A DNA stretch of 64,000 bases from Histomonas meleagridis 2922-C6/04-290x (Eukaryota > Protista > Parabasalia), in contig JAANOX010000007.1 of NCBI GenBank assembly GCA_020184695.1, positions 62,001 through 126,000 of the forward strand, read 5' to 3'. The notes under the pieces are model-generated. The model was not told where the DNA came from. It made no database searches and saw only the letters and a program-made list of their open reading frames with translations. Shown in pieces: positions 46,818 through 59,023 of this stretch. Each line of letters opens with the position of its first letter. Within the stretch, counting starts at the first letter, position 1. The translations under genes and the position numbers were made by a program.

Positions 46818-47654
46818 TCATTTTAGAGATTCGACAACAAAATTAGCAACCGAGCGCTTAACATCTGTTTCCATATTGTTTCCTTGTTCGGTTCCTCTAT
46901 AGTAGTTCCAAATTTGTGTCAATAATCTGAAATGCAATATTGCTGAAGCAGCAAGAAATATGGTAACAGCGACACCAAAAACGCCAGTTCCAATATTTTT
47001 GTTGGTGAACAGGTTAATTGTTGTGATTAGGCCAACACTTCCACTGCTATCTAATCCAATAGCTAAAATTGTCTCAAAGAGGCATGTTATACCGACAGAT
47101 AAAAATATCTTAATGAAAGAAAACGTTCCTGCATTTGTACTAAGTGCTTTGTAAATAGAAAGTGCATCCAAATCAATTGCTAATGGAACAACAATGAATA
47201 AATAAAGAGATGAAAGTGCAATTTTTGAACCTGGAGAATCGACGCCTTCCTTGACACTAAGTAAAGTTAGTGTTCCAATCCAATTTAATGCAAATGATAT
47301 TGCCATAACAATCCATGAAAAAAATGCAGAATGAACCATGCCACGATTAGCAGGTTCAACTTCTTCGATATCAAAGTGAACAATTGGATAGCAATATGGC
47401 CAATTTGGAGCAGGATCATTACTTCCGGTTTGACGTGCTTGAGTAATTTCAAGTTCTTGTTTGTTAAGGGAGTGTTCTAAAAGATTTAACTGTTCCTCAT
47501 ATTGTGCAAGTTGTTCTTCTGTAACTTCATTTGAGTTTATTGTGCTTGATATTTTTGGAGTAGCTATTGGACTTGGAGGAACAGGGTTTGTCACAGGTTT
47601 TAAAGGTTCTTCGTTATCTTCGAATGGTGAATAATTATCGAGGTATTCGCTCAT
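46818..47654 (-). CDS. Secretory carrier membrane protein (SCAMP family)
   Basis: SPF motif, coiled coil, NWPYCYPIVHFDI and four TM segments. Confidence 0.85.
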   Translation of the reverse strand: MSEYLDNYSPFEDNEEPLKPVTNPVPPSPIATPKISSTINSNEVTEEQLAQYEEQLNLLEHSLNKQELEITQARQTGSNDPAPNWPYCYPIVHFDIEEVEPANRGMVHSAFFSWIVMAISFALNWIGTLTLLSVKEGVDSPGSKIALSSLYLFIVVPLAIDLDALSIYKALSTNAGTFSFIKIFLSVGITCLFETILAIGLDSSGSVGLITTINLFTNKNIGTGVFGVAVTIFLAASAILHFRLLTQIWNYYRGTEQGNNMETDVKRSVANFVVESLK

Positions 47655-47984
47655 GTCGATTTTGTTTTGTAAAGTACATAAAAAGTGGTACTACCGGTGA
47701 TTTTCGTTGGACAGTTTTCTTCCAATGGAAGAAACTTAATTAAGATAATAATTTATGAGCTTTGCTAACTTCTCATTCCCAAAGTATTTGTTTATTCAAT
47801 TTTCTGCTATATAAAAAAGGTATAATCAAAATTTCAAGCATTAATAAATTTATAATTATTTTTCCTAGCTATATCTCTGTTACACAAATACTTCAGCAAA
47901 GTCAAGTTTTATATCCAAACAAAGTAATACGGAAGTTCTTGTATATATGAAATAAAAACCCAGGAAAACCGTTCTTCAAACAAT

Positions 47985-48028
47985 GTCACTTTTTATTATA
48001 AAGTAATAGCATTTGATTAAGTCACTTT
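47985..48028. promoter_or_regulatory. AAAGTGAC/GTCACTTT motifs, probable trichomonad core-promoter element
   Basis: Two copies between the divergent SCAMP and 48112 genes. The same octamer lies near other 5' ends (1513, 6479, 48929). It matches my recollection of a T. vaginalis upstream motif, which I cannot verify here. Confidence 0.4.
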
Positions 48029-48111
48029 GTGATTAAAGTATTCAAAAATGGGTTCATGAGACCGTTAAATAGGAGAACGTTATTTGTCACAAAGCAAAAA
48101 ACCGTTTTCAA

Positions 48112-48621
48112 ATGCAAGAAGAAAAAAATTTTGCACCACTTCCTGAAATCTTTCCTACAAACGACATACCAATGTTAGGCACTGAAACTGAAGAATATTT
48201 AAACAGAATGATTTTGGAAGAAATCGATGAAAGAAATAAAATCCAAAGAGAAATGAAAGAAGATATCTCAAAGTTTTATAGAGCAACTCAAACTGATGTA
48301 TGTTTTGACCCTACACAAATTGAATTTATGATTCAAGCAAATAATAGAATTGATGCTCTTCAAAAAAGATTAGAAAAACTTAATAATGGGCAACCATTAA
48401 GCCATGAAGAGGTAGAAGAAACAAAAGCGAGGGTTAACGCATATTCATCCTTCTTTTCTGATCAAGGAGAATCTCTCTTAAAATCTATCGAATTAATGGA
48501 AGCTAAAACCCAACAAATCATTGGAAAGTCAATGCCACATCTTATTGCTTGCTATGAAAAAGAACTTATTATTAATCACGACAATAGAAAGAAAATATCA
48601 GATTTAAATCAACAAAAATAA
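48112..48621 (+). CDS. Hypothetical protein
   Basis: 169-aa ORF with helical, charged composition. Confidence 0.65.
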   Translation: MQEEKNFAPLPEIFPTNDIPMLGTETEEYLNRMILEEIDERNKIQREMKEDISKFYRATQTDVCFDPTQIEFMIQANNRIDALQKRLEKLNNGQPLSHEEVEETKARVNAYSSFFSDQGESLLKSIELMEAKTQQIIGKSMPHLIACYEKELIINHDNRKKISDLNQQK

Positions 48622-48964
48622 AAATGTTTTGATACACTTACCTACACTGCTTGGTTGCTTTTGGTGTTTATCCTTGTTTTATTTAATTTAATAAAAAAAT
48701 TATTTTGATAGAGATCTCATTCAAAAATAAATTTATCGTTATAACGTCCACCTACCTAAGGCTACAACCTTTAAGGTACACAAAATATTTCATTTTTTTA
48801 AACTAGTTTAAATTTACAAAAACAAATGGAGAAATTTAATTTAAAAAACATGTGTCATACATAACAAACCAACACTGGAATTGGGGTGCCCGATAATTTC
48901 AATGTTTTACTCACCCACCAAATATGCAAAAGTGACATGAATAGCAAATCATACTTCACAAGTT

Positions 48965-49795
48965 ATGAGAACCAGAAGCGGTGGCAGGAAACCAAAGAAA
49001 CCAGGGAAGGATGAATATGAAGTAGAAGGTAGTGGTGAAGAAAATGAACCTATAGATAATGGGGTGGTAGAAGGTGCCAATGATTTAATGTCTCTTCCGA
49101 TTGAAGTTCTTCAAAAAGAGTTGATAAAGAGAAAGTTCTTTCCACCAGTAATTTATAAACTCGAAAAGTGGGAACTTTCTAACTTAATTCATGAAATTTC
49201 AACTCCTTTTAACGAAGATATGTATGTTATGGGTTTTTATCCACCTTTACGTCAAACAAAACCTTTGATAACAGATGATGTTGATAATGAAAATGATGAT
49301 TCTAATTCCGGTTGGAATAATAGTTATTATTATTATAAGACAACTAATATCAAATATCCACGAACAGTTATATCCGAACCAATTACATCTATACAATACA
49401 ACTGGGGTCAACCTAACCAAGAAATCACAGCTGCAGCAGTCGCTGAAAAAGCAGAAGTATATGAAACACTTCCTATTGAATATAACACACAGCTCCTCAA
49501 CCACGGTGTTCTCCAGAAATCTATTGATCTTTTGTCAAAAGATGAGATTCAAACAATCGTTGAAGACTTTAAGAAGAAAACTGACATCGATAAAATAATT
49601 TCGGATTATGGTTTGGAAACAAATGAGAGCATATTTGTTGAAGACTCACAGTTCAAAGAAACCCAAGATTCTGATGATTCCAGTGATAGCTCATCTAGCG
49701 ATAGTTCTTCTAGTGATAGCTCATCTTCAAGTGATTCAAGCAACTCCGATGATTCAGAAAATGAGGATGATGATCATAGGGATGCACAGCTATAA
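48965..49795 (+). CDS. Hypothetical protein with acidic Ser/Asp-rich C-terminus
   Basis: 276-aa ORF, basic N-terminus, DSSSSD repeats. Confidence 0.65.
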   Translation: MRTRSGGRKPKKPGKDEYEVEGSGEENEPIDNGVVEGANDLMSLPIEVLQKELIKRKFFPPVIYKLEKWELSNLIHEISTPFNEDMYVMGFYPPLRQTKPLITDDVDNENDDSNSGWNNSYYYYKTTNIKYPRTVISEPITSIQYNWGQPNQEITAAAVAEKAEVYETLPIEYNTQLLNHGVLQKSIDLLSKDEIQTIVEDFKKKTDIDKIISDYGLETNESIFVEDSQFKETQDSDDSSDSSSSDSSSSDSSSSSDSSNSDDSENEDDDHRDAQL

Positions 49796-50544
49796 TAAAG
49801 CTAGTACTACAATGTTTTGTTGTTTTCTTGAACCACACTAAACGGCTATGTTGTTCACAAACGTTCTTTTGTAACTTTTTGTGGTGATTTTTCGGTTTTC
49901 ATTTTGCACAACAAGTATCCTACTGCGTGCAAAAACGTTTCACTCGTAAAGAAGGATAAAAAACACAAATACCTTTTGAATTTATAGTCAATGTTCTTTT
50001 GATTTAAGCAAAGAAAATTTATTATAAACAGTAAAATCTAGATTTGTTTTATGTGAAAAATGTATTAAACATCAAAATTATGAATATTTTATTTTTTCAT
50101 TAGGAAAATGAAAATTAAGGAATTAACATTATCATATTATGAAATAAACTGTTAGGAAATATTTTTCATTTTTTTCTGCAATTTTAAAAAATTAGCAGCT
50201 CATAAAATATATTTTAGAACAAAAAGAAAGCCATAAATTTATGCCAAAGGAATTTTATTTGATCACATGGAAAATGGCAAGAAAACTGTGCGCCCATTAA
50301 ACAAAAAGCCATAGAGGAAGCTATTGAATCCTTCACTAAAAATATGAATTTGTTTTCATCTTGAAAACTCAAACCTGTCTCTTGGCTAAATATTTTCGTA
50401 TCATGATAAAAATTTTCAAAGCTTTTCTTTTGTTTGAGGAAAATTCTGTTAATTTTTTGTAAAACAATGAAAATTTGTTTCAATACACTGAAAAAATGTT
50501 TTGTTCGAACTCCCAGTTTTTGATAGATTTACAAATTTCCCCAG

Positions 50545-53500
50545 ATGGTTCATTGGGTAAACTTTCCCATATCTTTTTTTGGAATTAAATTTACTTCTGT
50601 TGGCCTCGCAAATTTTGTCAGGATTGCTCTTTACTTAGCCTTGTTACTTATATTTGAATTATATTTTTATTTAAATAGGATTACGGAAGTTGCAATTATT
50701 AGTTTAGCCGTAGTTCTTGCAGTAATTTTCTTTTTATCAAAAATCGCAGGTCATGTTATCAATTCTTTATTATCTTCTGTAACAACAATTACTAATACAA
50801 ACGAACCAAATCAGAGCGATATTCCCGAAGGATTTTCAGAAGAAGTATGGAGTGTCAGAGACTTACTAAAAAACCCATCACCAAATCTTGATGTAGTTGT
50901 TAATGATTTAATTCAAAATGGTTATGATTGTGATGAAATTTTTAATCTTGTTGATTACTTAAAAGACAATCAAGTTTCTCCTGTTGTGATAGAGACTGTA
51001 ACCGAAGATATGGTTTATTTTTGCGGCAAACTTCATCCAATTGGAAATTTATTTGAAAGGTCATTCATTGAAAATTTTATTCCTTTGAATAACACAGTTG
51101 GCTATACTGTTTTCACACTCATCGTCACATTTGCATGTGTATATCTTTCTTTATATGTCCGAGATCAATTTCTAGATCGTGAAAAATGGTGGGTGGCCTT
51201 TGTAGTTAGTTCTAGTGTTTATACGATATTTTATCCTCCGTCACATGATCCTTTTCTTATGAATATTAATGATTGTTGGGGTGGAGGAGCTCGTGCATTA
51301 GCCATATCCATAATCTGTGGACTTTGGATTGCATTCTTAAAACTTCAAGAAAACTACGGTATCAGCACTTTACCATTTTATGACATGACAATTAATTGGA
51401 ATACTATTACTCCAATCGTTTCAATTGTCTTTAAATGGGCAATGATTCTATTTCAATTTTGGGTTTTAGCGCCAATGGTGGGGCACCCCATTTCGGTTAT
51501 TGTATCGTTCATTGAAAGTGTCTGTCGTTATGCGTTTGGTCAAAATGGTGTTGGAAGTATAATACATATGATTATTCAATTAGTACGTGGATGTATAAGT
51601 GTAGCATGTGTATGGGGAGTGTTACAAGATAGTCTTGATGATTTACATATTGCAGCATCTATAGCGATAGCAACATTTTTAAGTTTAATACCAATTCCTG
51701 ATAAGGGGCTTAAGAAAATCTGGCAAAAAGTAGTCTTCGGACCATTTATATCAGCAGCAATATCATTATTGATATCATATATTATTACACATTTTGCAAA
51801 ACCAAAATATTCTGTTGTTAAATGGGTTTGTTTTGGTATTTTAGCTGCTAGCGACATAGTATTTCCATTTTTAGACTCATGTCAACGATATTTTATCTTT
51901 CATTGTATCTTTTTCCGCTATATTAAAATCTTTGGATTTATTCGTGGATTAATTACACAATTTATTGTCCCGATATTTATCTCATGTACATTAGTTAATA
52001 CGAAACTCGATCCGATTTATATTTCATTTTTAATAGTACATGCAGTTTATAAATCATATACAGAACCACATATCATAGTAATAGCTATTTTCTTATCTAT
52101 TGTCACGTTTTATTATGATTTTGATTTGACTGATCATTCAACGAATTTCTTTTTATCATTAATCATTGCAACGAAACTTGAATCATTTTATCATAGTGTC
52201 GAAAATGTATATAAGAGTCGTTATATAGTTATGTTATTTTCAGAAGTAATTGTTGATTACACACAAAATATATTAACAGCACTATTTCTTGTTATTGGTA
52301 AACTCATTGATATATTCCCATTAATTGATTTTTGTTGGAAAGTTCCAACATTAATTTGGGCATTTATAACAGGGGGTAACACAGGTAAATATTTAGGAAT
52401 TGGATATTTCTTAACACCACATCCAATACGGCCATATTATTTTTATGATCATCCAAAAACTACTGAACCGAACATTAATGAATTATTTACCACGAAAATC
52501 ATTGATCATCCAATTGAAACGCCAGTATATTTCTCAATGTCACATGGATTAACAGAATCATTTGCTAAATATGTACGGAATGGTCGATTAGGTTATGTTA
52601 ATGTTGGTGACATGTTTATATTCATATCGAATAATTTTATTTCTATTGTACATGTTATCTCTATCGAACCAAATTGTATTAAAATCCAAATGAGAGGTTT
52701 AGAATATTCAGCACAAACTGCATGTCATGAATCAGAGATTAACTTCTTAAAACGAATCATTGATGATTATGAAGTATTACCTAATTTCCATGCAGCTTTT
52801 GTAGATTCTGTTTTCCAATTTGATTTAAGACTTTTAAGTTTTAATATATCTATGTATGAAACGACAAAAACTGATTTAAGTACTTCTTTCTCAGGTATTG
52901 ATCAAGAACAAATGCGAATGGGATTTTTAAATTGTTTATGTTATATATTAACTAAAGTACATATTGATATAAATGAAATACAAGAAATCCCTCAAAGTTT
53001 AGACCATGAAACTCGAGCATATTTTGCATATGATAATAAAATGCGCCAATTTTTGGAGCAATCACAATTCGAATTTGATGACAATTCATTACACAAATAT
53101 TTAATCTTGTTCTATATCATTGGTAAACTTGTCTATAATCAAGACGGATCATTAAACAAAATCAGTCTTACAAATGTATTTAAAGGAGATGTTGTCTTAC
53201 ATGAACAATTCTCTTGGGTCTTTAATTCGGACAAAATATTAAATAATGTTATACTACGTGCAATATATTTAGGAGTTGGCGTAAATTATATGAACTCAAA
53301 TGGCTTAGGTTATAGTTCGACAGATCCACATGATGAAATTGTTGCGTTCTTGAATGAATTCTTACAAAGTTATGTTGTCGTGCCTATAAATTCGGAAGAA
53401 TTCCAAAAGGCATTTTTGGAAAAAGAAAGAACAATTTTAACAGTGGCAAAACAACAGAATAATGAACCAATTTTGTTGCGCTTTAATGTATCTGATAAAC

Positions 53501-53730
53501 TCGAATGGTCTGTGTACAAAATTAATTCCGAACATGTAAGAAGTTTATGGGCATATGAAGAACATGACTTAATGTATCATATGAATTCGGAGTCGGAAAG
53601 AACTTCAATACAATCGAATCAAGGCGCATTGAATAATTTGGTGATTCAATCTTGTGATTTGCCAGTGGGATATCCTGCGTATGTAAGTCCGATTTTGAAT
53701 TCTTATTCAACATGTTTCGATCTTTTTTAA
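50545..53730 (+). CDS. PCNX: Pecanex-like multi-pass membrane protein
   Basis: Many TM segments, then IQMRGLEYSAQTACHESE and ERTSIQSNQGALNNLVIQSCDLPVGYPAYVSPILNSY, matching the pecanex C-terminal domain. Confidence 0.88.
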   Translation: MVHWVNFPISFFGIKFTSVGLANFVRIALYLALLLIFELYFYLNRITEVAIISLAVVLAVIFFLSKIAGHVINSLLSSVTTITNTNEPNQSDIPEGFSEEVWSVRDLLKNPSPNLDVVVNDLIQNGYDCDEIFNLVDYLKDNQVSPVVIETVTEDMVYFCGKLHPIGNLFERSFIENFIPLNNTVGYTVFTLIVTFACVYLSLYVRDQFLDREKWWVAFVVSSSVYTIFYPPSHDPFLMNINDCWGGGARALAISIICGLWIAFLKLQENYGISTLPFYDMTINWNTITPIVSIVFKWAMILFQFWVLAPMVGHPISVIVSFIESVCRYAFGQNGVGSIIHMIIQLVRGCISVACVWGVLQDSLDDLHIAASIAIATFLSLIPIPDKGLKKIWQKVVFGPFISAAISLLISYIITHFAKPKYSVVKWVCFGILAASDIVFPFLDSCQRYFIFHCIFFRYIKIFGFIRGLITQFIVPIFISCTLVNTKLDPIYISFLIVHAVYKSYTEPHIIVIAIFLSIVTFYYDFDLTDHSTNFFLSLIIATKLESFYHSVENVYKSRYIVMLFSEVIVDYTQNILTALFLVIGKLIDIFPLIDFCWKVPTLIWAFITGGNTGKYLGIGYFLTPHPIRPYYFYDHPKTTEPNINELFTTKIIDHPIETPVYFSMSHGLTESFAKYVRNGRLGYVNVGDMFIFISNNFISIVHVISIEPNCIKIQMRGLEYSAQTACHESEINFLKRIIDDYEVLPNFHAAFVDSVFQFDLRLLSFNISMYETTKTDLSTSFSGIDQEQMRMGFLNCLCYILTKVHIDINEIQEIPQSLDHETRAYFAYDNKMRQFLEQSQFEFDDNSLHKYLILFYIIGKLVYNQDGSLNKISLTNVFKGDVVLHEQFSWVFNSDKILNNVILRAIYLGVGVNYMNSNGLGYSSTDPHDEIVAFLNEFLQSYVVVPINSEEFQKAFLEKERTILTVAKQQNNEPILLRFNVSDKLEWSVYKINSEHVRSLWAYEEHDLMYHMNSESERTSIQSNQGALNNLVIQSCDLPVGYPAYVSPILNSYSTCFDLF

Positions 53731-54226
53731 ATAAATAATTATTTCGTTTAAAATATTTTATTTATTTATTTATTTATGGATATGTTTGTTTTGTGTGATA
53801 ATACAATAGAGTATGAGAAATATTATAATAATTGCAATTGCTAGAAATATATAAATTAAGATTTTGAAGATAATTTTCGTTGATGGAGAACTTGAAGTAG
53901 TAGTTGCATTCTTTGTTTGCCATTTTTTAAGATGAATAATAGCAAAAAATAGAAGAATATTCAATTGGGTAAATATTTTTTTTTATAAAATAGTTTCTTT
54001 TCTTTGGTTTTTTAATATAAAAACTTTGTTAATCTTATTTTCGATATGAAAATAAAAAGGAACTGATGAATTGGGGTGGTCTGATTTTTCACAAAAATTT
54101 TTGAAAAATACTTTTTGAATGCATAAACTTTTCAAATTTGAATATGTCAGAACAGAATAAATTGTACACTTTTGTGTATCCACACAAAAATTTGACAAGA
54201 GTTCGTTTGGATATAAATTAGGCAAA

Positions 54227-55437
54227 ATGTCGAAACAGACAGCATTTCGCCTTGAAGATTTTATTGTTGAATCCCCAATAGGCCAAGGCGCATACGGTCA
54301 AATTTATAAAGCTGTTGAAGTTGGAACTGGAAAAGTTTATGCATTAAAAGCAATGAATAGAAGATGTCTTATGAAGATGAAAAAACAAAGCCTACCAATT
54401 GTAGAAAAAAATGCACTAATTAAGTGTGCTAGTACTTTTGTTGTTCGTTTATATGGAACGTTCAAGGATGATTCAAATTTGTATTTTGTACTTGAATTAG
54501 CAGAACATGGTGACCTTGCAGAAGCCGTAGGGGATATTGGAAGTCTTAACACTAATGTAGTTAAACTTCTTTCTGCTCAAATTTTTGAAGCAATCTGTGT
54601 ATGTCATAAAGCAAATGTTATCCATCGTGACCTCAAGCCAGAAAACATTCTCCTCGACTCGCAAAACCACGTTCTTCTCTCAGATTTTGGTACAGCCCTA
54701 ATTGAAAAATCTGATAGTCAAGAATTAAATCGTTCATCCATTGTTGAACTCCAGCCTTTGTTGCCCCAGAGCTCCTTAATGATGGAAAAATCTGTTATAG
54801 TTCTGATATGTGGTCATTTGGTTGTGTCATATTCAATCTTCTTACAGGCACAGCACCTTTTAGTGGACAAAACACAGTTGAATTAATGAACAACATCACT
54901 GAGCTTAAGTTTAATCCAGTCATTAAAACACTTCCGAAAACCGCCAAAGATCTCATCACATCCTTACTTAAGCTTGATCCACACGAGCGTATTGGATACG
55001 GGGAAGCCAAAGAAGGCTATCCCTCCATTCGTAACCATGCCTTTTTCAAAGGCATTGATTGGAATAATTTGTCAAATATCAAAATGCCTGTTTTCACCAA
55101 ATTCGAAGAAGAACAACAACCAACCATTGCAGATTCCATGCTAAATGAAGGGGAGACCATTCTAATGAATAGTATTGTCGACAGAAAGCGATTATTTGGT
55201 TGGAAAGAGCGTTCGATATTTTTGACTAATCAAAAGAGACTTTTGTTATTTAACAACAAAACGCACGAGTTTAAGATGGCAATAGCATTAACGAATGGAG
55301 TCAAAGTGAATGTTGCACAAGATGGGAAAGAATGGACAATCACTTGGGGAAAAGGCCAAACGCAAACATTTAGATCAAATGATGGAACTGGCGGAATGTG
55401 GGCAGCATCAATAATGAGGGAATCAATCAAACCATAA
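54227..55437 (+). CDS. PDPK1: PDK1-like AGC kinase with C-terminal PH domain; one G missing at about 54746
   Basis: IGQGAYGQI, IHRDLKPENILL, LSDFGTA; restoring GGA gives SIVGTPAFVAPELL...SSDMWSFG; PH-like tail KRLFGWKERSIFLTNQKRLLLF. Confidence 0.8.
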
Positions 55438-55838
55438 AAATCTTATTAAAAATTTATACATAAATGAAATTAAATTCACTTTTTTTATGAAATATTCATT
55501 TATCAGATTCTTTAAAATATATTTTTTTGGTTTCATAATATACAAATTAATAAAATTTTACATTCGAAAAGAAATTACATAGTTAGATTCATATTATGAA
55601 GTTCTTTATAAATTTGTATAATGAATAAAGAAATTAATAATAAAAAAAAAATGTTCCAATATATATTGAAACTGCAAAAAAAAGGTATTTTGAATACTAA
55701 ATCGTTTGTGAAAAATTAAGTAAAATATCATTTAATGTTTAAATATAGATATTATAAATACTAGTAGTGAATAAAAGAATTATAAATTATAAAAATTTAC
55801 ACAACTTTTTCCTTACAAATCTTAGCTTTAGATGATTA

Positions 55839-56850
55839 TTAAATTGACTTAGCATTAGATTTTTCTTCAAGTAATTCAACTACATCACTAAAACCATATT
55901 TAGATGCCAACATAAGTAATGTATTAAATAATTTGAATAATTTCCAAATAAAATTGTTTAATTTCAAATTACTAAAACAAACATTAAAATATATAAAGAA
56001 ATATCCTCAACAGTGATGTCGATTCCTTCTTGATCAAGAAGTAATTTAACTGTATCTATTTTACCACTAATAATTGCTAATGTTAATGCTGTTTGAAATA
56101 AATTAAATAATTTCCAAATCATATTTTTGAACATCAAATTTTTTATATGAACTGCAAATAAAACAATTAAATATCTTTAGCATTAATATCAATTTCTCCA
56201 TGTCCAAGAAGTATTTTAACAGTTTCAGTATTAGAATAGCATGCAGCACCCATAAGCGGAGAAAAAAGTCATGCACAAAAACACCAAATATTATATTGGA
56301 ATATGTTATTATTAGAAAAAAATTTAAATAATTTAAAAAAATATTTTGACTTATAATAATTCCTTTTTGTTCAAGAAGTAATTTCAAAATTGTATTATGA
56401 CCTTGTTCACATGCAACTAAAAGTGGAGTTATAAAAACTTAAAACAAGTTCCAACTTTTGGAATGAATCATCAATTTGCTATAATAAGCATCATTATAAA
56501 GTAATATATATCTTGTGAATTAATATCAATACCATTTTGATCAAGAAGTAATTTAACCATTTCATAATCATTATTTTGTACAGATATAATAAGTGCTGCC
56601 CAAAATAAGTTAAATAAATGCCAAATTTAATTATTAAACATGATATTCTTTCAAAAAAACATTTTACGATACAAAAAAATATCTTTAGCATTGATATCAA
56701 TATCTTTTTGTTCAAGAAGTAATTTAACAATATCAATATTACGACTATCAACTGCATTCATAAATGCTGTTCCAAATAATTTCGTAAAATTCCAAAAGTA
56801 AAAAATATACAAAAAATTATTAAAACAAGTGTTCAATAATGTAAATCAAT
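55839..56850 (-). repeat. Ankyrin module array with 4 x [17 nt + codon] spacers (locus F)
   Basis: Spacers 80,81,80,80,80,80 nt; decoded DNFGGTAF, DNHGWAAL, DDDGITPL, NKHGFSPL, DADGQTAL, DNEGNTLL. Confidence 0.92.
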
Positions 56851-58032
56851 ATCTCTTCTATTAATATCAATTCCCCCTTGTTTAAGAAGAAATTGAACAA
56901 GCTCAAAGTTATTTGATCTTACAGATTTGAAAAATATTTTATTTATATCTTTAATATTATGAAGGAAGCACATAATAAAAAATAAATTTCCATCAGTTGT
57001 TGCTTCACTGATTATTTCATCATTAATTTCTAATCCTTCATCTTGTAAATATAAAAAAATATCATAATTATGATATAAAATACATTTAATTCCGAGATAT
57101 TCTAAGTTAATATTTTCAACAATTTTATTCTCATATAAATATTTAAAGATATCATTTCGATGAAATTTAATTGCTGCTTCATATGCACCTTCAAATGATG
57201 AATGATTTTGTTTACATAAAAGAATTATCTCTGTATTTCCACCTACAACAGCATATTTACTTGTTTCATTTACATTGGAACCATTCATAAGTAAATATTT
57301 AAAACATTTAACCGAACCAAAAAATGCTGCATAATCAATTAATGTAACATTATAACCATTAATAAAATCATATCGCTCATAAATTGATGGTTCAATGTAT
57401 TGATTAAAATCAAAATCATTTTGTGATGTTATTTCTTGAAGTTTTTCTACTTCATCATTTCGAATTATTTTTAAGATTTCATTCGGATTATGTCCTTCAT
57501 GAACAAGTTTCTTATGAAGTGCAAAATCATTATTTGAAAGTTCTTCAATGGGAAAAGGAAATTTGATGTTTCTTAAATGAACATAATTTTCTATATCATC
57601 ATTTAAACTAATTAAATGCATAAAATATGGATTATTTGTATCATCATAATGTTTATGTTTTTTAACAAGTTCAGCAGAAATTAAATTCTCTTCAAGTAAA
57701 TGAGCAATAATGTAGTGAGAATCATTTGTACAATAATTAACAATTATTTCATATAAAATTTGAAAAATTTGTGGATTTTGTGTGAAAATTTGTTCTTCAA
57801 TGGTTTCTAATAATTTAAGGAATTGAATATATTTATTAATTCCCTTTCCATGTGAAATAAAAGAAGAATATACAAATTTACAAAGCAAAGAATTGAAGGA
57901 ATAAGGAAAATTTTTATCAAAATATTTGATTATTGTTTGAACTACTGAATTTAAATTTTCTAGTTTTGCTTCGTAAATATATTGATAGATTTTTTGAAGT
58001 TGTTTAATTTCCAAATTTTTATTTTGACTCAT
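55839..58032 (-). CDS. DUF3447-ankyrin gene, locus F (6 interrupted, divergent modules)
   Basis: ATG at 58032 (MSQNK); ORF open to INRRD at 56851; modules at 56770, 56599, 56429, 56262, 56092 and 55922, all open; ends EEKSNAKSI* at 55839. Confidence 0.85.
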
Positions 58033-58170
58033 AAAAAAATTAACACTTTTCATTCAATCATTCAAAAAAATCGAAGCTTAAATAAATTTTAATGAAAACC
58101 AAAAAATTCAACATAAGTGATATGTGAACTATTCTGTGTTAATGAAAACAATCACGTGAAGCATTTTATA

Positions 58171-58638
58171 TTAGGATAAATTTAGAAAGTATTTTTGAAT
58201 ATTGTCAAATTGCAAACCCCAGGAATTTTGATCATTCTCAAAATATAATTGAAGGCCTTGACATCTCTCTGTTACAAATTTTCGGTCATTCTTTCCAAAT
58301 ATTTTCTATTGGGAAAATTCCAAGTTAGGTTGAAAAGTAAGAACATAATTTTTTACAAGTGAGGCAAATTTAAACAACGTGGAATATCTCTTATTGAAAT
58401 ATCTAACATCTACTGTGTTCCCGTTTGAAATTCCTATTTCAATTAAGTATTCATATGTATTGATTGATTCATTAAAACGAAATCCTTCAACTGAAACATA
58501 CAATGGCGGATAAGAAGTTGAAGAAAGAAGAAGCGAAACCTTGTATTGTGGAAGAGAATTTATTGGAACTATCATGAAATGAAGTGATGGAGGTAGAAGA
58601 ACTCCTTCTTTCAAAATACCACTTTTTAAATACATCAT
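58171..58638 (-). CDS. Small PX-domain protein, disrupted by indels/stop near 58306
   Basis: YEYLIEIG...RYFNKRYSTLFKF...EF[P]..KIFGKNDRKFVTERCQGLQLYF resembles PX motifs (RRYSEF, FP.K..FG, ERR..LQ.YL). Only this 3' part of track ORF 58306-59229 looks real. Confidence 0.55.
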
Positions 58639-59023
58639 TTTGACAAAATTCAGAACTAAAACTTCAAACCTTCCAAACAACAAATGGGCTAATTTTAAAA
58701 AAATTTTTTTGAAATTAATTAAAAAAACAATAAAATCCAGAATAGTGTTAAAAGTGAAAGTAATTAAATTTTCTATTTTCATTGAACAGTGAAATATTAA
58801 TATTATTGCAATTTTGCAAAATTTTATTACACTAGGAAACAAAGTGTAAAAGTAAAAATATTTAAAAAAAGAATTGTTCTCAAGCAAAAATTTTTTATTT
58901 GTCAAATTGTAGTTTTGATCAAAATTTACTGGCAAAGTCATTTTCCATTTAAAAATGATTTGTTTGTGCTCACAAAAATTGAATTCAAAATTGGCCTGCA
59001 GTTCAATGGATCCGACCACTTGA

